The notes under the pieces are model-generated. The model did no database searches. It saw only the letters and a program-made list of their open reading frames with translations, and was not told the DNA's origin. Position numbers and translations under genes: made by a program. A stretch of 64,000 bases of DNA from Deltaproteobacteria bacterium (GTDB lineage: Bacteria; Desulfobacterota; Desulfomonilia; UBA1062): assembly GCA_029547045.1 (NCBI GenBank), contig JAKPQL010000076.1:1442-65441 (forward strand), in the 5' to 3' direction. Within the stretch, counting starts at the first letter, position 1. The number at the start of each line of letters is the position of its first letter. Of the stretch, positions 57,606 through 64,000 are shown one piece after another.

Positions 57606-58328
57606 TTACAGGATCTGCCGCATGAACTGCTGGGCCCGCTCGTGCGTCGGGTTGGCGAAGAAGTGTTCGGGGGATCCCTCCTCCAGGATGACGCCATAGT
57701 CCATGAAGATGACACGGTCCGCCACCTCGCGGGCAAAGCCCATCTCGTGTGTCACCACGATCATGGTCATACCCTCCCTGGCCAGGTTCACCATGACGTC
57801 GAGCACCTCGCCGATCATCTCCGGGTCCAGGGCGGACGTCGGTTCGTCGAAGAGCATGAGCCGCGGCTGCATGGCGAGCGCCCGGGCGATGGCCACCCGC
57901 TGCTGCTGGCCGCCCGAGAGCTTGGTGGGGTACACGTGCGCCTTTTCCCGGATGCCCACCTTGTCCAGGAGTCTGAAGGCGACCTGTTCGGCCTCGGCCT
58001 TCGAGCGCTTGCGGACCACCTGCTGGGCAAGGGTGAGGTTCTGCAGCACGGTCTTGTGGGGGAACACGTTGAACTGCTGGAACACCATGCCAACCTCCAC
58101 CCGCACCTTGTTGATGTCCACAGCCGGGTCGTAGATGTCGAAGCCGTCCACGACGATGGTGCCGCCGTTGATCTCCTCCAGCCGGTTCACCGAGCGCAGC
58201 AGGGTGCTCTTTCCCGAGCCCGAGGGGCCGATGATGACCACCTTCTCCCCCTCGTAGACGTCCAGCGACACGCTGTCCAGGGCCTTGAGCGCGCCGAAGT
58301 ACTTGGTGACGCCCTTCATCTCCACCAT
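57606..58328 (-). CDS. polar amino-acid ABC transporter ATP-binding protein (GlnQ-like)
   Basis: [36 protein letters not shown]. Start at ATG 58328 ([12 protein letters not shown]) or the upstream ATG 58352. Confidence 0.92.
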   Translation of the reverse strand: MVEMKGVTKYFGALKALDSVSLDVYEGEKVVIIGPSGSGKSTLLRSVNRLEEINGGTIVVDGFDIYDPAVDINKVRVEVGMVFQQFNVFPHKTVLQNLTLAQQVVRKRSKAEAEQVAFRLLDKVGIREKAHVYPTKLSGGQQQRVAIARALAMQPRLMLFDEPTSALDPEMIGEVLDVMVNLAREGMTMIVVTHEMGFAREVADRVIFMDYGVILEEGSPEHFFANPTHERAQQFMRQIL

Positions 58329-58341
58329 CTTCTTCCGGCCG

Positions 58342-59160
58342 TCATTCCGCACTGATCTTTTCCTCCATGATGCTGATGAGCTTCGAGAAGAACAGGGTGA
58401 TCATGAGGTACACGAGCGCCACCATGGTGTAGGTCTCGAAATAGGCGAAGCTCTGGGATGCGAATTCGCGGCCCCTTCTCAGCAGGTCGGCAACTGCCAG
58501 GATGGAGACCAGGGATGAATCCTTCAGGAGCGCCACGAACTCGTTGCCCACGGGCGGCAGGATGGTCTTGACCGCCTGGGGAAGGATGACATGGTACATG
58601 GACTGGGCGGGCGTCATGCCCAGCGACCGTGCCGCCTCTGTCTGGCCCTTGGGGATGGCCTGGATGCCGGCCCGGAAGATCTCGCCCATGTACGCCCCGT
58701 AGCACACACCCATGGCGATGACCGCGCTGGGCAGGGGCGGAAGCTGGACGAACCTCCCCAGGGCGAAGTAGATGTAGAAGAGCTGTGCCAGCAGGGGTAT
58801 GCCCCGGATGACCTCCACGTACAGCGACGCGGTGCCGTTGATGAGCCTGTTCTTCGAGATCCTGCCCAGGCCCGTGAACAGGCCGATCACCAGTGCCAGA
58901 AGGATGGACAGCACCGTGACCTCGAAGGTCACCAGGATGCCGTCCGGCACGAACTTCATGATCTCCAGATACGGGTCCGGCTTGAAAATGCACAGACCCG
59001 CCGAGATCCCGATGGCGCCGAAGAATGCCACCCGCCAGGCAGTGAAGAGGCCGACATCCTCTTTTGAGGGGATGGCGGCCCCGTCGCCTACGTCGATGAG
59101 TACCTTCTTCGGTTCCTCGTTCTTCTTCTTCCTGAACCTCTTGGGTGCTATCTCAGCCAC
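58342..59160 (-). CDS. polar amino-acid ABC transporter permease (His/Glu/Gln/Arg family)
   Basis: 272 aa. EAA-loop region [23 protein letters not shown]. Confidence 0.9.
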   Translation of the reverse strand: MAEIAPKRFRKKKNEEPKKVLIDVGDGAAIPSKEDVGLFTAWRVAFFGAIGISAGLCIFKPDPYLEIMKFVPDGILVTFEVTVLSILLALVIGLFTGLGRISKNRLINGTASLYVEVIRGIPLLAQLFYIYFALGRFVQLPPLPSAVIAMGVCYGAYMGEIFRAGIQAIPKGQTEAARSLGMTPAQSMYHVILPQAVKTILPPVGNEFVALLKDSSLVSILAVADLLRRGREFASQSFAYFETYTMVALVYLMITLFFSKLISIMEEKISAE

Positions 59161-60011
59161 TTCTTCTCAAGCTCTTTGTCGATGCCCTTTTCCTGCACGG
59201 CCTTGATGCCCTTGTTGAGAAGGTCCACGAGCTGCTTGTTGCCCTTCTTCACCACGATGCCGTACTGCTCCTTCGTGAAGGGCTCTCCCACGATCATGAA
59301 CTTGGCCTTGTACTCGGCGCGCTGCAGGGCATAGTCGGCGGCCACCGGGGTGTCGCAGACCACGCCGTGCACCCTGCCGGCTGCCATGTCCTCGAAGGCC
59401 AGGCCGATCTCGTCGTAGTTCTTGAGCTCGATGCCCTTCACCTTCTGGACCTCCATGGCGCCGGTGGTGCCGATCTGTGCGCCCACCTTCTTGCCCTTGA
59501 GGTCGGCGAGCGTCTTCACGCCCTTGGCGGTCTTGGGCACCACGAGGACCTGGCCTGCATTGATGTAGGGCTCCGAGAAGTCATACTTCTGCTTGCGCTC
59601 GTCCGTGATGGTGACCGACGAGATGACCGCGTGGTAGTTCCCCGTGTCCAGGCCTCCGAAGATACCGTCCCAGGCGACGTTCTTGAACTCCACGGTGAAG
59701 CCCGCCTCCTTGGCCACCGCGTTGAGGAAATCGATGTCGAACCCGATGATGTTCTTGTTTGCGTCGAGCATCTCCATGGGGGGCCAGGTGGCGTCCGTGG
59801 CCACGACCACCACCTTGGGAACTCCTCCGGCCTCCGCGGGTTGGGCAGCCTCTTCGCCGGGCGCTGCGGCCTGCTCGCCTGAAGGGGCCGCTCCCTCCGT
59901 CACCGCCGGCTGCTCGGTGGCCTTGTCCTGCTTCTGGCAACCGGAAACGAACATCAGAAGCCCGAACACCACTCCAAAACAGACTGCTGCAAAGAGTGTT
60001 TTGCTCCTCAT
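59148..60011 (-). CDS. amino-acid ABC transporter substrate-binding lipoprotein (family 3 SBP)
   Basis: ATG 60011 (RBS GAGGGGGA), lipobox FVSGCQ, a low-complexity Ala/Glu/Pro linker, then an SBP_bac_3-like core (GFDIDF..., WDGIFGGLDTGNYHAVIS). Confidence 0.88.
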   Translation of the reverse strand: MRSKTLFAAVCFGVVFGLLMFVSGCQKQDKATEQPAVTEGAAPSGEQAAAPGEEAAQPAEAGGVPKVVVVATDATWPPMEMLDANKNIIGFDIDFLNAVAKEAGFTVEFKNVAWDGIFGGLDTGNYHAVISSVTITDERKQKYDFSEPYINAGQVLVVPKTAKGVKTLADLKGKKVGAQIGTTGAMEVQKVKGIELKNYDEIGLAFEDMAAGRVHGVVCDTPVAADYALQRAEYKAKFMIVGEPFTKEQYGIVVKKGNKQLVDLLNKGIKAVQEKGIDKELEKKWLR

Positions 60012-60227
60012 AGAGTTTTCCCCCTCATACAAGATTTTGGTGCGTTCTGTACGTTGCTGCGGAAAGGCTTTCACTGGTGAGTACCATAAATTCTCAGGCC
60101 AGTCCATAGCCTTGCACCCTCCGGCGATCTTCTCTTCAGCGGCATTTTGCTTGACATCTGGACGGCAAGGTCCTATCTTCCATGCAGCATTTTTTGCGTA
60201 TCCGTTTCAATGAGTTAGGCGGGAAGA

Positions 60228-60908
60228 ATGGCAAAGGCCTCGGAGAAGCGCAGGGAAGAGACCAGAGACCGCATCATCATGGCGGCCTGCGAGCTCTTCA
60301 GCAAGTACGGATACCACAACACCCAGGTCATGGACATCGTCAAGGCCGTGGGCATGTCGGCCGGCACCTTCTACAACCATTTCAAAGACAAGCGCGACCT
60401 CTTCGAGCAGATCACCATCGAGAGCCTGGAGACGCTCAGGGTGACGGTAAAGAGCCTGCGCGAACCCATCGACATCTGGAGTCCCGAAGCACGCTTCGAG
60501 ACACTGCTGAACACCTTCAACGCCATCTACGACTATGTTGACTCCAATCCCCAGCAGATCCTCATGCTCCTGCGGGTGAGCTTCGGAGTGGACGAGAAGC
60601 TCGACGGCAGTGTGTGGGACTATTTCCGGGGATTCGCCCAGGACGCAGGCGAGGACATCCAGCGCTGGATCGACGAAGGGGTCATCGAGGGCATCGATCC
60701 CATGATCTTCGGCACCGCGGTGATCGGCATGGTGTTGCAGCTCATCCACAACTACCTGGTGGAGAAGCGCTTCAAGCGCGAAGACATCATCGCCAGCCTC
60801 ATCAAGATGATCATGGCCATGTTCGAGACCTACCTCACCGAGGAGGGCAGAAAGGCCGTGGACATGGCCCTGCTCAAAAGCCAGTACCCCGGCACCACGT
60901 CGTCGTAG
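60228..60908 (+). CDS. TetR family transcriptional regulator
   Basis: 226 aa. HTH IIMAACELFSKYGYHNTQVMDIVKAVGMSAGTFYNHF. Confidence 0.85.
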   Translation: MAKASEKRREETRDRIIMAACELFSKYGYHNTQVMDIVKAVGMSAGTFYNHFKDKRDLFEQITIESLETLRVTVKSLREPIDIWSPEARFETLLNTFNAIYDYVDSNPQQILMLLRVSFGVDEKLDGSVWDYFRGFAQDAGEDIQRWIDEGVIEGIDPMIFGTAVIGMVLQLIHNYLVEKRFKREDIIASLIKMIMAMFETYLTEEGRKAVDMALLKSQYPGTTSS

Positions 60909-61083
60909 AGGCATCGGCGGAAGCTGCCCCCGAACCACCTCCCTTGAATTTTCCCCCAGCTGTGATATGATATGACCCGGTTGAGGCTACAGCCTCCGCC
61001 GCCCCTGAAAGGCCATCTCCGGGCTGTTGCACTCGGGATGCGCTGACAGGGGATTTTATCACGATTCAATAGAAGAGGTCATC

Positions 61084-61656
61084 ATGAAGCCGTTCTCATT
61101 GGTTGTATCCTTCGTGTGTATGCTCATGCTTGTCGGGTGCTCCACGATCAATATGGACTGGGAGAGGGCCCTGTCCATCAACACCCTGGAGGCCTACGAC
61201 GAGTTCCTTAGGAAATACCCGGACAGCGAATATACTCAGCAGGCCCTCCAGAAGGTGGAGCCCATGCGCTTCCAGAAGGCAAAGGATGAGGGCACCACCA
61301 GGGGCTACTCCCTGTACCTCATGAGGTACCCGGACGGATCGTCCGCCAGGAAGGCCAGGGCCCAGCTCAAGGCGCTCCGCTGCGCAGACAAGACCCTAGT
61401 GAAGCAGGGATCGCCGGCCTGGCTGAAACGGGGTGACGACTCCCACCCGTTGCGCAGGACGAGCTTCTACCTCGACAACTCCTACATCGGCGTTGAACCG
61501 AGCGACATCGGGAGGGGGTACAAGGCCTGCTGCGACGACCCCGACTTCCCCCTTGACCTTATGTGGGAGCAGGATCATCTGGTGTATTTCGGCGGCAAAG
61601 GGGTGATCGTGGGTCCGGACGGCACGCCCATGCTCATGGGGTATGACTGCAGATAG
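61084..61656 (+). CDS. hypothetical lipoprotein
   Basis: 190 aa from ATG 61084. Signal peptide plus lipobox MLMLVGCS. I recognise no family. Confidence 0.5.
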   Translation: MKPFSLVVSFVCMLMLVGCSTINMDWERALSINTLEAYDEFLRKYPDSEYTQQALQKVEPMRFQKAKDEGTTRGYSLYLMRYPDGSSARKARAQLKALRCADKTLVKQGSPAWLKRGDDSHPLRRTSFYLDNSYIGVEPSDIGRGYKACCDDPDFPLDLMWEQDHLVYFGGKGVIVGPDGTPMLMGYDCR

Positions 61657-61744
61657 CCCGGCAGGCACCGCCACTGGTTGACAAAGACGGCGCATCCCGC
61701 TACACCTGAACGCAGAGCCGAATCGCCTATTCAAGGGAGGTTCC

Positions 61745-62557
61745 ATGAATCTCGTCTATGAGAAGACCGGGCACATTGCAAGGATCGGACTGAACCGCCC
61801 CCAGCAGCTCAATGCCCTGGATCCGGGCATCCTCCTCGAACTGCACAAGACCTGGATCGACGTCAACGAAGACCCGCAGGTCCGGGTGGCCGTTCTGTAC
61901 TCGGCCCTGCCCAGTATCTTCTGCGCGGGCATGGACCTGAAGACCGCCATCCCCATCCTCACCGGCGCACGCCAGCCCGAAAACGAGGCAGAGAAGTGGA
62001 TTGCCTGCGGGTGGGACGGTTGCGGCGTGGGCGAGGCCATGCTCAAGATGAGCTTCGTGAACAAGCCCGTCATCGCTGCCATCCACGGCTACTGCCTCAC
62101 CGGGGGGTTCGAGATGGTCATGGGCGCCGACCTGAGGGTGGCGTCCTTCGACGCGGTCTTCCAGATGCGCGAGGCAAGCCTGGGCATCATGCCCACGGGC
62201 GGCGGCAACGTCTTCCTCCCCCGCCACGTGGGGACCTGCAGGGCCCTGGAGATCCTGCTCACCGCGGGCAATTACGACGCGAAAACCATGTACGAGTGGG
62301 GCTTCCTCAACCGCGTGGTGGAAAAAGAGAAGCTCATGGACACCGCCATGGAGCTCGCCGGGAAGATCGCGGACAACGGGCCGCTCGCCACCCAGGGCAT
62401 CATCCGCTTCAACCGGGAGATGCGCATGAGAGAGCTCAGGGACCTCTTCATCCGTGAGGTGGAGATCGGCATGCCCATCTTTGCCAGCCAGGACGCCCGC
62501 GAGGGCGTGCGCGCCCAGAAGGAGAAGAGGAAACCCGACTTCACCGGCACGTACTGA
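61745..62557 (+). CDS. enoyl-CoA hydratase/isomerase (crotonase) family protein
   Basis: 270 aa. IARIGLNRPQQLNAL, FCAGMDLK, AAIHGYCLTGGFEM. Confidence 0.88.
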   Translation: MNLVYEKTGHIARIGLNRPQQLNALDPGILLELHKTWIDVNEDPQVRVAVLYSALPSIFCAGMDLKTAIPILTGARQPENEAEKWIACGWDGCGVGEAMLKMSFVNKPVIAAIHGYCLTGGFEMVMGADLRVASFDAVFQMREASLGIMPTGGGNVFLPRHVGTCRALEILLTAGNYDAKTMYEWGFLNRVVEKEKLMDTAMELAGKIADNGPLATQGIIRFNREMRMRELRDLFIREVEIGMPIFASQDAREGVRAQKEKRKPDFTGTY

Positions 62558-62566
62558 ACGCACCCC

Positions 62567-64000
62567 ATGACCGGCGGCACCGACCTGAAAAGCCTCTTCG
62601 AGCCGAGGAACATCGCCTTCATCGGCGCATCCACCAATGTGTTCAAGTGGGGGTTCAACATCCTCCACCACCTGGTGAACCGCGGGTTCACGGGCGGGAT
62701 CTTCCCGGTGAACCCCAGGGGTGGTGAGTGGTTCGGACGCAGGGTGTACACGAGCCTGGACGAGATCCCCCAGGCCGTGGACCTGGCGGTGATCGTGGTG
62801 GCGGACTCCCTGGTCCTCGATTCCATCGCCCAGTGCGCGGCAAAAGGCATCCCGGCGGCCATCGTCATCACGGCGGGGTTCTCCGAGACTGGACAGGAAG
62901 GCGCCCGTCTTGAACGCCGGGTGGTGGAGGCGGCGCGCTCGGGCGGGATGCGCATCGTCGGGCCCAACACCATGGGCGTGTACAGCGCCTACCCGAGCAC
63001 CATGCACGTCCTCATGGGATCCATGCCCCTGCAGCCCGGCTGCGTCGCTCTCGCGGTCCAGAGCGGCAACCTGGGAACATCCATCTCGTATCGTTTCCTG
63101 CGGAGAAAGGTCGGGATCAGCAGGCTCATCAGCACCGGGAACGAGGCGGACCTCACCATGGAGGACTTCCTGGAGTACCTCGAGCGCGACGAGCAGACGC
63201 GGATCATCTGCCTCTACGTGGAGGGCCTCCGGCGGCCGCGCCGGTTCTTCGAGACCGCCCGGAGGGTGTCGCCGGCCAAGCCCATCGTGCTCATCAGGGG
63301 CGGCAGGACAGCCCAGGGTGCCGCCGCCGCCCTTTCCCACACCGGCGCCCTGGCGGGTGACGATGCTGTGTTCAGCGCCATGTGCCGCCAGTCCGGCATC
63401 ATCGAGGTGTCCACCATGGACGAGATGATAGACGTGACGGGCATGCTCATGCAGCCCCCCATGCCCGGCCGCAGGGTGGCCATCATCACCCTGGGCGGCG
63501 GCTGGGGTGTGCTGGCGACGGATGCCTGCGCAGCGGGCGGACTTTTTGTGGAACCCCTCTCGCAGGATCTGGTGCAGACCCTCGATACCATCCTGCCCCC
63601 CTACTGGAGCAGGGGCAACCCCATCGACCTGGTGGCCCCCTCCCGGGTGAGCGTCATCACGGACACCATCACCGAGCTCATGGAACATGCCAGCGTGGAT
63701 GCCGTCCTCCTCATGGGCCTGGGCTACATGTCGCTGCGTGCCCGGAGCTGGATGCGCTCGGAAACCATACCGAAGGAGGCGGTGCAGGAGGCCTCCGAAC
63801 TCATGATGGAGGAGGAGGCGCGACTCTTCGGTCTCGTGGCCGGGCTCATCGGGACCTACCGCCGTCCCATCGTGCCGGTCATCGACATCATGAGCTTCGA
63901 CATCCGCTTCGACAACAACCCGGTGGATTTCCTGGACAGCCGCGGCATCATGTCCTACAGCGCACCTGACAGGGCTGTGGCAGCCCTTGCAAAGGCCGCC
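62567..64000 (+). CDS. ADP-forming acyl-CoA (acetate--CoA ligase family) synthetase, CoA-binding/alpha part (3' end outside window)
   Basis: Absent from the ORF track because it is open at the window edge. Hand translation from ATG 62567 gives MTGGTDLKSLFEPRNIAFIGASTNVFKWGFNILHHLVNRGFTGGIFPVNPRG...GMRIVGPNTMGV...VQSGNLG...LSHTGALAG. Confidence 0.85.
   Translation, partial: MTGGTDLKSLFEPRNIAFIGASTNVFKWGFNILHHLVNRGFTGGIFPVNPRGGEWFGRRVYTSLDEIPQAVDLAVIVVADSLVLDSIAQCAAKGIPAAIVITAGFSETGQEGARLERRVVEAARSGGMRIVGPNTMGVYSAYPSTMHVLMGSMPLQPGCVALAVQSGNLGTSISYRFLRRKVGISRLISTGNEADLTMEDFLEYLERDEQTRIICLYVEGLRRPRRFFETARRVSPAKPIVLIRGGRTAQGAAAALSHTGALAGDDAVFSAMCRQSGIIEVSTMDEMIDVTGMLMQPPMPGRRVAIITLGGGWGVLATDACAAGGLFVEPLSQDLVQTLDTILPPYWSRGNPIDLVAPSRVSVITDTITELMEHASVDAVLLMGLGYMSLRARSWMRSETIPKEAVQEASELMMEEEARLFGLVAGLIGTYRRPIVPVIDIMSFDIRFDNNPVDFLDSRGIMSYSAPDRAVAALAKAA

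Noticed and set aside
61727-63688. 653-aa minus-strand ORF
   Set aside because: It is antisense to the crotonase gene and to the acyl-CoA synthetase gene. The synthetase gene is missing from the track only because it is open at the window end. This is a shadow ORF.

Overview
This is a GC-rich bacterial chromosomal segment. The gene content (hybrid-cluster protein, split archaeal-type glutamate synthase, type III glutamine synthetase, repeated sigma-54 promoters) suggests an anaerobic Deltaproteobacteria/Desulfobacterota-like organism, but that is inference only. Positions 1-38.4 kb form an unusually dense glutamine/nitrogen hub. On the minus strand, in transcription order from about 20.3 kb down to position 1: GAF/sigma-54 activator, three-gene split GOGAT, glnA (GSI), carA, a giant glmS-like gene, a GlmU-C-like LbH protein, glmM, a nagB-like gene, and carB (partial). 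Then come amtB-glnK-glnD (+), glnN (GSIII, -), a KaiC-like/PPDK-N fusion plus a gpsA-like gene (+), yciI-like/asnB/purF/stand-alone class II aaRS core (-), and hcp (+). Positions 38.5-50 kb hold an OM beta-barrel protein, an RND efflux operon with a PII-fold accessory protein, a TetR regulator, and a YhiI/RbbA/YhhJ-type ABC system. Positions 50-57.5 kb hold a hemolysin-III protein, a patatin lipoprotein, an AT-rich gap, an RHH-like ORF, a membrane matrixin-like metalloprotease with a coiled-coil insertion, a U32 protein, a small AsnC/RAM protein, a frameshifted WbuC-like cupin, an IS5-type transposase remnant and tRNA-Thr(CGU). Positions 57.6-64 kb hold a polar amino-acid ABC transporter, a TetR regulator, a lipoprotein, a crotonase and an ADP-forming acyl-CoA synthetase (partial). 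Two real genes at the window edges (carB at 1-3121, the acyl-CoA synthetase at 62567-64000) are missing from the ORF track because they are open at the edge. I translated both by hand. Four sigma-54 type -24/-12 promoters can be read directly upstream of amtB, glnN, asnB and the GOGAT operon. I saw no CRISPR array, rRNA, intact mobile element or recognisable defence system. The best candidates for new biology are three non-canonical enzymes embedded in the nitrogen cluster: the 1279-aa GlmS-like protein with its hexosamine module, the KaiC-like/PPDK-N fusion with the GpsA-like protein, and the stand-alone aaRS core. Most long ORFs antisense to these genes are GC-driven shadow ORFs.
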